64,000 bases of DNA from Acidimicrobiaceae bacterium (GCA_009843915.1 VYCM01000143.1:339-64338), one strand, 5' to 3'. Shown: positions 31,811 to 41,064, counted from the first letter of the stretch. Notes: a model not told the origin generated them from the letters alone. Translations and numbers: made by a program.

Positions 31811-32204
31811 TGCCGGCGCCGATCACCGCTATCACGTCCACCTCCATCTTGAGGCCGGGCAAACCCAGGGCGGCGGCCTGGCACGCGGTCACCGCGGGGA
31901 ACGGCCGGCCTGCGAACACCTCGCGGCGGATCTCCATCTCCTCGGCGATCTCTCGCACGTCCTGCATGAAGTAGGTGACCTTCACCACGTCGGCAATGGA
32001 GCTGCCCGAAGCGCCCAGGACGCTGGCGATGTTGTCCCACACTTGACGGGCCTGCTCCGTGACCGTCTCCCCCACCACTTTGCCGGCCTCGTCCAGGGCG
32101 ACCTGGCCGGCCAGGTAGAGGGTGTCGCCGGCCCGCACCGCGTAGGAGTACGGCTCCGGCGGCGGGCACAGCCCGGGCACGTCCACCACGGATTCCAGCG
32201 GCAT
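31803..32204 (-). CDS. Rid (YjgF/YER057c/UK114) family protein
   Basis: PYS.AVRAG..LYLAGQV, DVVKVT.F, EVDVIA. Confidence 0.9.
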   Translation of the reverse strand: MPLESVVDVPGLCPPPEPYSYAVRAGDTLYLAGQVALDEAGKVVGETVTEQARQVWDNIASVLGASGSSIADVVKVTYFMQDVREIAEEMEIRREVFAGRPFPAVTACQAAALGLPGLKMEVDVIAVIGAGSG

Positions 32205-32232
32205 CGGCGGTCAATATAGGCTGCCGTCGGTT

Positions 32233-32365
32233 CGACCGCGAATTGGCAGCCAGGAACGCCCAATAGGGAGTCGACCGCTGCCAATTCCCCAAGTCGACCC
32301 GAGCCCGACCGCGAATTGGCAGCCAGGAACGCCCAATAGGGAGTCGACCGCTGCCAATTCCCCAA
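32233..32365. repeat. Two identical 60-bp palindromic repeat units (family A)
   Basis: 32233-32292 and 32306-32365 are identical; each has GAATTGGCAGC...GCTGCCAATTC arms. Confidence 0.95.
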
Positions 32366-32385
32366 ACCGACGCAGGAGGCCGCCG

Positions 32386-33207
32386 ATGCCCAAGGTCAAC
32401 GTCAACGGAGTCGAACTCTGGTACCAGTTCAGCGGCGAGGGCGCCACCGTCGTCCAGATCGGCGGAGCCGTCAGCGCCCATGAGGGGTACGCCACCATCA
32501 CGCCCGGCCTGTCGCAGCACTACCGGGTGCTCGACTACGACCACCGCGGCTACGGGAGCAGCGACCGCCCCGTCCAGCGCTACACGCTCGACACCTGGAG
32601 CGACGACCTGGCCGGGCTGATGGACGCGCTGGACCTGGAACGAGCCCACATCCACGGCGGGTCGATGGGCAGCTTCATCGCGGTGAACTTCGCGGCCCGC
32701 TATCCCGACAGGGTCGACAAACTGGTCCTCGGGGCCGGAGCCGTGGGCCGGTGCGACCGCATGGGAGTGCTCCAGTTCAGGGTCTGGCAGAGCCTGGCCC
32801 GGGCCTACGGGGTGGCGTCGCGGGAGGTGGCCGAGCAGCTGCTCATCGACGCCTTCTCGCGCGCCTTCCTCGACGGCCCCGACGGCGGCGACGGAGCCGT
32901 TGACCTGATGCAGGAGATCACCGCCCGCAACGTGGGCACCGATGTCTTCGTCGACGCCTGTCAGGCGATGATCGACACCGATGTCACCGGCCAGCTCCAC
33001 CGGGTGGCGGCACCGACGCTGGTCATGGTGGGATCGGAGGACGTGCTCACCCCGCTGGATGCCGGGCCGGGCGGAGCCGGCGCCCGGTACGTGGCCGAGA
33101 ACCTGCCCGACGCCCGGCTGGTCATCTTCGAGGGCAGCGGCCACGGGCACTACGTCGAGCAGCAGGAGGAGTCGCTGGACGCCATCCTGGACTTTCTGGC
33201 CGGGTAG
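32386..33207 (+). CDS. Alpha/beta hydrolase
   Basis: YDHRGYGSS, GGSMG, GSED, GSGHG; AGGAGG RBS. Confidence 0.85.
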   Translation: MPKVNVNGVELWYQFSGEGATVVQIGGAVSAHEGYATITPGLSQHYRVLDYDHRGYGSSDRPVQRYTLDTWSDDLAGLMDALDLERAHIHGGSMGSFIAVNFAARYPDRVDKLVLGAGAVGRCDRMGVLQFRVWQSLARAYGVASREVAEQLLIDAFSRAFLDGPDGGDGAVDLMQEITARNVGTDVFVDACQAMIDTDVTGQLHRVAAPTLVMVGSEDVLTPLDAGPGGAGARYVAENLPDARLVIFEGSGHGHYVEQQEESLDAILDFLAG

Positions 33208-33240
33208 AAGAGACTGGCGGCGCGGCTAACCTCGCCCGCG

Positions 33241-34497
33241 ATGGCCGGTTCCAGCGGATATCGCCAGCTTCTGGAGGTAAACGGTCAGCGCCTGCTGCAA
33301 CGACTGTGGGACCTGGCCGAGATCGGACCGATCCCCGGAGGCGGCAACAACCGCCTCGCCCTGACCGACGCCGACAAGGAGGGCCGCGACCTGGTGGTCA
33401 CCTGGATGCGCGACCTCGGCCTAGATGTGAGCATCGACACGATCGGCAACGTCGTGGCCGCACAGCAGGACGTGGGCCAGGGGCCTCCGGTGATGATGGG
33501 CTCCCACATCGACACCGTCGCCACCGGAGGCAAGTACGACGGCAACCTCGGTGTGCTGGCCGCGCTGGAGGTGATCGAGACCGCGATCGAGAGCGGCATC
33601 GACCTCGAGCGCCCGCTGGCCGCGGCCTTCTTCACCAACGAGGAGGGCTCCCGCTTCCCGCCCGACATGATGGGCAGCCTCTGCTACACCGGCGGTCTGA
33701 CCGTCGAGGAGGCCATGTCGACCACCGACGCCGACGGCGTCGCGGTCGGGGACGAATTGGACCGCATCGGCTACCGGGGCCCGGTGCCGTGCCCGGGACC
33801 GGCTCCCTACGCCTTCGTGGAGCTCCACATCGAGCAGGGGCCAGTGCTGGAGCGCGACGGCATGCGCATCGGTGCGGTCACCGGCGTCCAGGGCATCTCC
33901 TGGACCGAGGTGAATATCACCGGCCAGTCGAACCATGCGGGCACGACCCCGATGAGCATGCGGCGCGACGCAGGGCTGGCCGCGGGCGAGCTGGTGGTGG
34001 CGGTGCGGCGCATCGCCGACGAGATGGGCGGCACCCAGGTGGGAACGGTAGGGGCCCTGAGGCTGCACCCCGACCTGGTGAACGTGGTGGCGGCCCGGGC
34101 CAAGCTCATCATCGACCTGCGCAACACCGACGACGACGATCTGCAGTCGGCCGAGCGGCGCCTGCTGACCGAGATAAGGCGAGTAGCCGACTCCGAGGAT
34201 GTCGAGATCGACACCAAGTGGGTGGCCCGGTTCGAGCCGGTGGTGTTCGATCCCCGGGTCGTGGAGCTGGTCGAGTCCAACGCCTCGGCGTTGGGGCTCT
34301 CGGTGCGGAGGATGCCCTCGGGAGCGGGACACGACGCCCAGATCCTGGCCGGGGTGTGCCCGGCGGGCATGGTCTTCGTTCCCAGCGTGAAGGGCATCAG
34401 CCACAATCCAGCCGAGTACACCGAGCCCGACGATCTCATTGCCGGAGCCAACGTCCTGCTCAACACCGTGGTCACTCTGGCCACCGAGGGAGTCTGA
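33241..34497 (+). CDS. M20 Zn-dependent N-carbamoyl-amino-acid/allantoate amidohydrolase
   Basis: GSHIDTV..GG.YDG, NEEGSRF, ELHIEQG, HAGTTPM, GAGHDAQ, SHNPAE. Confidence 0.9.
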   Translation: MAGSSGYRQLLEVNGQRLLQRLWDLAEIGPIPGGGNNRLALTDADKEGRDLVVTWMRDLGLDVSIDTIGNVVAAQQDVGQGPPVMMGSHIDTVATGGKYDGNLGVLAALEVIETAIESGIDLERPLAAAFFTNEEGSRFPPDMMGSLCYTGGLTVEEAMSTTDADGVAVGDELDRIGYRGPVPCPGPAPYAFVELHIEQGPVLERDGMRIGAVTGVQGISWTEVNITGQSNHAGTTPMSMRRDAGLAAGELVVAVRRIADEMGGTQVGTVGALRLHPDLVNVVAARAKLIIDLRNTDDDDLQSAERRLLTEIRRVADSEDVEIDTKWVARFEPVVFDPRVVELVESNASALGLSVRRMPSGAGHDAQILAGVCPAGMVFVPSVKGISHNPAEYTEPDDLIAGANVLLNTVVTLATEGV

Positions 34498-34505
34498 GGC
34501 CGGCG

Positions 34506-35606
34506 ATGGCGGTACGGGCGACCTTCACGGGCTGGGGCAAGTGCGTGCCCCCGGTGAAGCTCACCAACGCCGACCTCGAAGAGTTGGTCGACACCGACAA
34601 CGACTGGATCGTGGAACGCACCGGTATCCACGAGCGCGGCATCTCCCATGTGGAGACCACCGACCTCGCCGAGGTGGCCGCCCGGCGGGCGCTGGCCGCG
34701 GCCGGCCTGGAGACCACCGACATCGACATGCTGATCCTGGCCACCGTCACTCCCGAGATCACCTGCCCGAGCAACGCCTGCGTGCTGCAGGAGCGCCTCG
34801 GGGCGGTCAACGCGGCCGCGTTCGACCTCAACGCGGCGTGCAGCGGGTGGATCTACGGCACGGCCACCGCGTCGTCGATGATCACCGGGGGGTTGGCCGA
34901 GAGGGTGCTGCTCGTCGGGGCCGAGAAGCTGCACTGGGTGATGGACTACTGGGACCGGGCCACGTGCATCCTCTTCGGGGACGGCGCGGGCGCGGCCGTG
35001 CTCGAGCCTTCAGCGGACGGCGACGGGGTGCTGGGCACCGACCTGGGCGCCGACGGCGTGGCCGGTCGCACAATGGTGTTCCCCACTCTTGGCACCCGCG
35101 GCCGGCTGAGCAATGTCCGGGATCCGTTCCTGCACCGCCTGCACTTCGACGGCCAGGCCGTGTTCAAGATCGCGGTCCGCGGCATTGAAGGGTCGGTCCG
35201 CCGGGCTGTGGACCGTGCCGGGCTCGCCCTCGACGACGTTGACGCGGTGATCCCCCACCAGGCCAACGAACGGATCATCTCGGCCGCAGCCCGACGCCTG
35301 GGAGTAGACGCCGACCGCGTGATGCTCAACATCGCCACCCACGGCAACTCCGCGGCGGCCTCGGTGCCGATGGCTCTGTCCGACGCCCTCGACGCCGGGC
35401 TGATCCAGCCGGGCTCCATCGTGGTGCAGACCGCGTTCGGTGGGGGCGTCACCTGGGGGTCCACGGTGACGCGTTGGGGCGAGCGGGTCGAGCCCCTCGG
35501 CCACTGCGATCTCGAGCTGCCTCCGTGCGACGAAACCGTCTTCGACCTGCTGGCCTCCAACCGCGACTTCTACGCGCCGCTGCACGCCCACAGCCGAGCG
35601 GACTGA
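34506..35606 (+). CDS. fabH: Beta-ketoacyl-ACP synthase III
   Basis: WIVERTGI, AACSG (Cys), FGDGAGA, PHQAN (His), HGNS (Asn), AFGGG. Confidence 0.88.
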   Translation: MAVRATFTGWGKCVPPVKLTNADLEELVDTDNDWIVERTGIHERGISHVETTDLAEVAARRALAAAGLETTDIDMLILATVTPEITCPSNACVLQERLGAVNAAAFDLNAACSGWIYGTATASSMITGGLAERVLLVGAEKLHWVMDYWDRATCILFGDGAGAAVLEPSADGDGVLGTDLGADGVAGRTMVFPTLGTRGRLSNVRDPFLHRLHFDGQAVFKIAVRGIEGSVRRAVDRAGLALDDVDAVIPHQANERIISAAARRLGVDADRVMLNIATHGNSAAASVPMALSDALDAGLIQPGSIVVQTAFGGGVTWGSTVTRWGERVEPLGHCDLELPPCDETVFDLLASNRDFYAPLHAHSRAD

Positions 35607-35671
35607 GACTGGTTATTACTGCTATTGTCGCGGCCGGTCTTGACCCATTCCTAGACACAAGGGGGCCCCGC

Positions 35672-37063
35672 ATGAGTCCGATTCGACGACGCGGTTTGAA
35701 GCTGGCCGGAGTCGCGCTGGCGTCCGCAGCGCTTCTGGTGGCCCTGCCGGCCGTCGCTCTGGCCGACACAGCACAAGGCGAGTCATCGGGCTTGCCGCGC
35801 GAGGAGCTGCAGTTCATCCTGAACACCTTCGCCTTCCTGATCTGGGGCGCTCTGGTGATGTGGATGTGCGCCGGCTTCACGATGCTGGAGTCGGGCGCGG
35901 TCCGCACCAAGAACGCCTCGATGATCTGCCTCAAGAACATCGGCATCTACTCGATCGCCGGCCTGGCCTACTACTTCATCGGCTACAACCTGATGTACGT
36001 CGACGTCGGCGACGTGATCGGCTCGTTCCAGTTCCTCTACGGGCCGTCGGACGCCGAGCTGGGCCTGCTCGACGGTGCGACCGAACACCTCGGTGACGTC
36101 GTCGGCAACGGCTACGCGGTCATGTCGGACTGGTTCTTCCAGATGGTGTTCGTGGCCACCGCGGCATCGATCGTGTCGGGGGCCATCGCCGAGCGGATCA
36201 AGATGTGGGCGTTCTTCCTGTTCACCCTGATCCTGACCGCCTTCATCTACCCGATCGTCGGATCCTGGTACTGGGGCGGCGGCTGGCTGGCCGAGCAGGG
36301 GTTCGTGGACTTCGCCGGATCCACCATCGTTCACAGCACCGGCGGCTGGGCCGCTCTGGCCGGCGTGCTGATCATCGGGCCGCGGCTCGGCAAGTTCCGC
36401 AAGAACGGCACGGTCAAGCCCACCCCGCCCTCCAACGTGCTATTGGTGACCCTGGGCGTGCTGATCCTGTGGCTGGGCTGGTTCGGTTTCAACGGCGGGT
36501 CGCAACTGGCGTTGGGCAGCGCGGCCGACGCGGTGGCCATGAGCAACATCCTGGTCAACACCAACCTGGCCGCGGCTGCCGGGGTAGTGGCCGCGCTGGT
36601 CGTCTCACGGCCGATCTTCGGTCGCATGGACCTGTTCGCGGGCCTCAACGGAGCGCTGGCCGGGCTGGTCTCGATCACCGCCGCGCCCGACATCACCGAG
36701 CACTGGTGGGCGGTCATCATCGGCGCCATCGGCGGCGTGATCTGCACCGCGGCCATCAAGGCTCTGGAGAAGCTGAAGATCGACGATGTGGTGGGAGCCA
36801 TCCCCGCCCACCTGGTGTGCGGCATCTGGGGGACGCTGGCGGCATGCATCGCGGGCGGCGCCAACTTCGGCACGCAGCTGCTCGGCGTGGTGACCATCGG
36901 CGCCTTCGTGTTCATCGCCTCTCTGATCGTGTGGAAGCTGATGGACATGGTCATGGGCCTGCGGGTCCCCAGGGAGGCGGAGCGTCTGGGCCAGGACACC
37001 GCCGAGCTGGGAATCGAGACCTATCCCGAGTTCGTGCTCATGCCCGAGGAATTCGACGACTGA
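35672..37063 (+). CDS. amt: Ammonium transporter (Amt family)
   Basis: GF.MLESG, FFQMVF, SGAIAER, DFAGSTIVH, GWFGFNGGS, IDDVVGAIPAH. Confidence 0.95.
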   Translation: MSPIRRRGLKLAGVALASAALLVALPAVALADTAQGESSGLPREELQFILNTFAFLIWGALVMWMCAGFTMLESGAVRTKNASMICLKNIGIYSIAGLAYYFIGYNLMYVDVGDVIGSFQFLYGPSDAELGLLDGATEHLGDVVGNGYAVMSDWFFQMVFVATAASIVSGAIAERIKMWAFFLFTLILTAFIYPIVGSWYWGGGWLAEQGFVDFAGSTIVHSTGGWAALAGVLIIGPRLGKFRKNGTVKPTPPSNVLLVTLGVLILWLGWFGFNGGSQLALGSAADAVAMSNILVNTNLAAAAGVVAALVVSRPIFGRMDLFAGLNGALAGLVSITAAPDITEHWWAVIIGAIGGVICTAAIKALEKLKIDDVVGAIPAHLVCGIWGTLAACIAGGANFGTQLLGVVTIGAFVFIASLIVWKLMDMVMGLRVPREAERLGQDTAELGIETYPEFVLMPEEFDD

Positions 37064-37105
37064 CCGCGCCGGCAACCGCAGCATCTTCCGAAGGCGGCCT
37101 CGGCC

Positions 37106-37147
37106 ATGGCTGAAGCGCTAGGTTTCGGATATGGCTGAAGCGCTAGG
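37106..37147 (+). repeat. Direct duplication of the first 17 nt of the downstream CDS
   Basis: ATGGCTGAAGCGCTAGG at 37106-37122 and 37131-37147. Confidence 0.9.
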
Positions 37148-38267
37148 CATCGAGCATCTCACGGAGCTCTCCGACGGGGAGGCGGTCTGGGCGTTCTTCA
37201 CGCCGCTGATCATCTTCGCCGTGTTCTTCGTTCTGCAGATCATCCTGCCCGCGAGGCGGGTCACCGGCTACGTCAAGGACCGCGAGACCGGTGAGCCCCG
37301 CAACTACCGGTTGAACGGCCTGCTGGTGTTCGTGATCGCGCACCTCGTGTGGGCATTCGAGATCGGCGGGCTGCCCCGCGACTGGTTCTACCGGTCGTCA
37401 CTGTGGGCGGTGGTCGGGGGCACCGTGTTCTGCGCGATCTTCGCAGTGTGGTCGGTGTTCACCCAGCCCAAGGGCGAGATCGCCAACCCGTGGCTGGCGC
37501 TGTGGGAGGGCCGGTCCCAGGAGCTGCAGCTGTTCAACAACCGCATCGACATCAAGATGTGGTGGTACGTGGTCGGCGGGACGATGCTGTCGCTCAACGC
37601 CCTGTCGGGGGCGGCCTGGCACCACGGCCAGTTCGGCGGCGACGCCAACCCGGGCATCTACCTGTACGCCGCCTTCTGGACGTTCTACACCTTCGACTAC
37701 TTCATCTGGGAGCGGGTCCAGCTCTACACCTACGACCTGATCCACGAGCACATCGGCTTCAAGCTGTGGTGGGGCGGCCTGGTGGCATACGGGTGGCTGT
37801 TCATCCTGCCGCTGTGGGGCATGGCCGCTCACCCCGATCCCGGGTTCTCGACCGGATTGACGTACCTCTGGCTCATCGGAGTGTCGGTGCTGTTCCTGGG
37901 CGGTTGGACCATCGGGCGGGGAGCCAACCTGCAGAAGTACACGTTCAAACGCTGGCCGGACCGCAAGTTCCTCTGGGTCGAGCCCTCCTACATCGAGGCC
38001 GGAGAGCGCAAGATCCTCACCAGCGGATGGTGGGGCGTCGCCCGCCACTTCAACTATCTGGGCGAGGGGATCCTGGCCATCTCGTTCGCCCTGGTGTTCG
38101 GCCACCCCGGCAACCTGTGGGCCTGGACCTACTCCATCTTCGTGATCTCGTTCTTCACCGTCCGGCAGCGCTTCGACGAGAGGGAGTGCGCCCAGAAGTA
38201 CGGACCCGAGAAGTGGGCCGAGTACCAGGAGCGGGTGCCCTACCGGATCTTTCCCAAGATCTACTGA
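37131..38267 (+). CDS. ERG4/ERG24 family sterol reductase-like membrane protein
   Basis: YRLNGL, D..HE..GF.L.WG, AN.QK..F, LTSGWWGVARHFNYLGE, R..FDE.ECAQKYG..W.EY...VPYRI.P.IY. Confidence 0.85.
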   Translation: MAEALGIEHLTELSDGEAVWAFFTPLIIFAVFFVLQIILPARRVTGYVKDRETGEPRNYRLNGLLVFVIAHLVWAFEIGGLPRDWFYRSSLWAVVGGTVFCAIFAVWSVFTQPKGEIANPWLALWEGRSQELQLFNNRIDIKMWWYVVGGTMLSLNALSGAAWHHGQFGGDANPGIYLYAAFWTFYTFDYFIWERVQLYTYDLIHEHIGFKLWWGGLVAYGWLFILPLWGMAAHPDPGFSTGLTYLWLIGVSVLFLGGWTIGRGANLQKYTFKRWPDRKFLWVEPSYIEAGERKILTSGWWGVARHFNYLGEGILAISFALVFGHPGNLWAWTYSIFVISFFTVRQRFDERECAQKYGPEKWAEYQERVPYRIFPKIY

Positions 38268-38301
38268 GCGCTCCCATACCGGGCGCGCCGGCTCCCGGCT
38301 A

Positions 38302-40149
38302 TCAGCCGCCTAGGTAGGCGGCCCGGACGGCCGGGTGCGCCCGGATCTCCGCGGGAGATCCGACGGCGATGACCGAGCCCTGGTCGAGGCAGTAGACCCG
38401 GTCGCAGAGGTTGGTGATGAAGGCGAGGTCGTGGTCGATCACCACCACGCCGCAGCCCAGCACGTCGGCGATGCGGCGGATCTGGTCGACGATGATCACC
38501 GACTCCAGTTCCGAGAAGCCCGAGGTGGGCTCGTCGAGGAGCAGGAACCCGGGGGCCTGCGCCGCGGCCCTGGCTAGCTCCAGGCGCTTGGAGGCGCCGT
38601 AGTCGAGGGCCCGGGCCCGCACGTCGGCGATGTCGGCGATCCCGCACAGCCCGAGCAGTCCCGCCGCGGTCTGCTCGGCTCGCCGGGCCGAACGGGTGCC
38701 GACGAGTGCGGCCACCTCGACGTTCTCCCGCACGCTCAGAGCCTCGAACAGCCGCAGGTTCTGGAATGTGCGGGCCAGGCCGCGCCGGGCCAGCCGGTAG
38801 GGCGGCAGCCCCGCGATGTCGTCGCCTTCGAGGCTGATCTGGCCCTGGGCTCCGACCACGCCGGTGATGACGTTGAGCATCGTGGTCTTGCCCGCGCCGT
38901 TGGGTCCGATGAGCCCCACCACCCGCCCGCTGCCGGCGAGGAAGTGGGCGTTGTCCAGACCCCGCAGGCCGCCGAAGTCCACAGTGACGCCGGCTGCGGC
39001 CAGCCGGGACGGGGCGGGCTGGCCCGGTGCGGGCTGGGGCGGGGCGGCTCCGGTGGCTTCTGGCGGTGCCGCATCGGGCTGTGGCCGCTTGACTAGCCGC
39101 GGTCCGAGCCAGCCGGCCAGCTCCCAGTCGTCGAGCAGTCCCCTCGGCCGCAGGACCATGAAGCCGAGCATCGAGGCACCCAGAACGAGGTCCGACAGGC
39201 CCGGGCGCAGGATCACGTCGAACGGCCCGGGGTCGACGTCGGGCCCCGACACCACCCGGGCGGTCTCGAGCAGCGCGGTGATCACCACGGTGCCGAGGGC
39301 GGCGCCGGTGATGCTGTTGCGGCCTCCGACGACCAGCATCGTGATGGTCAGCAGCGTGTAGTCGATGAAGAACCGCTCGGGCGAGATCGTTCCGGTGAGC
39401 CAGACCCGCAGCGACGCCCCGACCGCGACCACCGCCACCGACAGCAGCAGGGCCCACATCTGGTGAGTGGCGGGATGGATGCCCAGGCTGCGAGCCGCCA
39501 CGCCGTCCTCGCGCACAGCCCGTGCGAGGCGGGCCGAGCGCGACCGGCGGTAGATCCCGGCCACCAGAAGGGCGACGACGAGCGCCGCGTAGGCGTAACC
39601 CCGGCCGGCCATGGCGGTGCCCGGGCGGAAGCTCAGTCCGGCCCGGTTGCCGCCGGTCAGGTCGGTCCAGTTGACGGCCAGCTCGAAGGTGGCGAACAGC
39701 AGCGACAGCGTGATGACGGTGGGGGCGATGGCGCCCGACGCCGCAGCCGAGCGCACCAGCCCGAGTCCGACGACGGCGGCCACGGCCACGGTCAACACCA
39801 CCGCGACGGCGATCGCCGCGGCCGGATGCACTGTCAGGTCCACCAGCCCGAACGGGGCATCGGGCACCAGGCGGGCCTTGCGATCGGTGTCGATGGCGAA
39901 CAGCACGAAGGCGTACCCGGCGACCGCTCCGAAACCGACGTGGCCGAACGACAGGATCCCGGTGTTGCCGATGAAGATCTGCATCCCCACCACGACGGTG
40001 GCGTTGATGAGTAGCGATGTGAACAACCGCTCGGAGGCTGCGTCGCCCATTCCCCAGACATAGACGAGCCCGACGGCGGCGACCGCGGCGAACAGCACGC
40101 CGCCGGCCGCCATGTCGGGAACGAGCCGTTGAGCGAGCCGGACGGTCAC
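38302..40149 (-). CDS. Fused branched-chain-amino-acid-type ABC permease (LivM-like) + ATPase (LivG-like)
   Basis: TM region with G.LSFGH, then GPNGAGKTT, RTFQN.RLF, LLDEP, IDHD. Confidence 0.88.
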   Translation of the reverse strand: MTVRLAQRLVPDMAAGGVLFAAVAAVGLVYVWGMGDAASERLFTSLLINATVVVGMQIFIGNTGILSFGHVGFGAVAGYAFVLFAIDTDRKARLVPDAPFGLVDLTVHPAAAIAVAVVLTVAVAAVVGLGLVRSAAASGAIAPTVITLSLLFATFELAVNWTDLTGGNRAGLSFRPGTAMAGRGYAYAALVVALLVAGIYRRSRSARLARAVREDGVAARSLGIHPATHQMWALLLSVAVVAVGASLRVWLTGTISPERFFIDYTLLTITMLVVGGRNSITGAALGTVVITALLETARVVSGPDVDPGPFDVILRPGLSDLVLGASMLGFMVLRPRGLLDDWELAGWLGPRLVKRPQPDAAPPEATGAAPPQPAPGQPAPSRLAAAGVTVDFGGLRGLDNAHFLAGSGRVVGLIGPNGAGKTTMLNVITGVVGAQGQISLEGDDIAGLPPYRLARRGLARTFQNLRLFEALSVRENVEVAALVGTRSARRAEQTAAGLLGLCGIADIADVRARALDYGASKRLELARAAAQAPGFLLLDEPTSGFSELESVIIVDQIRRIADVLGCGVVVIDHDLAFITNLCDRVYCLDQGSVIAVGSPAEIRAHPAVRAAYLGG

Positions 40150-41033
40150 ACCCGCTCCGCGGCGGCGGTTTGGAGCATCCCGGCCGGCCGGAAGATGAAC
40201 AGCAGCGCGATCAGCACGAACACGATCCCGTTGACCATGCCGTCGACCTCGTCGGGCAGCCGCGAGACGAGCTGCACCTCGATCACGCCGAGCACGAGGC
40301 CGCCGACCACCGCTCCCTGGAGCCGGCCCAGGCCGCCGATGAGGGCCGCCAGGACGCCCTTGAGCATGGGGATGAGTCCGGCCGAGGGCGCGGCCCGGCC
40401 GGTTCTCATCAACAGCAGCACCGCGGCGACCCCGGCCAGCAGCCCAGCCAGCGCGAAGGCGGAGCGGATCACGAGGTTGCTGCGGACGCCGAGCATCTGG
40501 GCGGTGTCGAAGTCCTCCGCGGCGGCCCGGATGGCCATCCCGTAGACCGTCCTGCGCAGGACGGCCAGGGTCCCGAGCAGCGTGGCCACGGTGACGGCGA
40601 TCACCGCGACGTCGACCACCTCGACCCGCACTCCGCCCACCGACACCGTGTTGTTGATCCAGCTGGGCCGGTCGAAGGCCCGGGCGCTGGCCGACACGTA
40701 CATGACGAAGCCGGCCTGCACCACGAAGTGCACGCCGAACGACATGAGCAGCATGGCGAAGTCGCTGGCACCCCGCACCCACCTGAACGCCACCAGCTCG
40801 AGTGCCACCGACGTGGCGATGGAGGTGGCCACGATGACCGGCACGAGCATCCACCAGTCCAGCCCGATCAAGGTCAGCCCGTACGCTACGTAGGCGCTGA
40901 CGGTGATGAGCTCGCCGTGGGCGAAGTTGATCATGCGCATCACCCCGAAGGTCAGGCCGATCCCCAGGGCCAGCAGGGCGTACTCGCTCCCCAGGCCGAG
41001 ACCGTCGATCAGCTGCTGGATGAGCTCGACCAT
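40146..41033 (-). CDS. Branched-chain-amino-acid-type ABC permease (LivH-like)
   Basis: YALLALG.GL.FGV...INFAHGE, G.AIRA. Confidence 0.9.
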   Translation of the reverse strand: MVELIQQLIDGLGLGSEYALLALGIGLTFGVMRMINFAHGELITVSAYVAYGLTLIGLDWWMLVPVIVATSIATSVALELVAFRWVRGASDFAMLLMSFGVHFVVQAGFVMYVSASARAFDRPSWINNTVSVGGVRVEVVDVAVIAVTVATLLGTLAVLRRTVYGMAIRAAAEDFDTAQMLGVRSNLVIRSAFALAGLLAGVAAVLLLMRTGRAAPSAGLIPMLKGVLAALIGGLGRLQGAVVGGLVLGVIEVQLVSRLPDEVDGMVNGIVFVLIALLFIFRPAGMLQTAAAERV

Positions 41034-41064
41034 CACATCGGCGCCTGTCGCGTGCGCTCGACCA

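Noticed and set aside
32233-32365. Possible mini-CRISPR array
   Set aside because: Only two 60-bp units with a 13-bp linker, wrong geometry for CRISPR, no cas genes, and a dispersed third copy indicates an interspersed repeat.
35607-35671. GlnR box upstream of amt
   Set aside because: No convincing GTNAC-N6-GAAAC-type repeat could be read.
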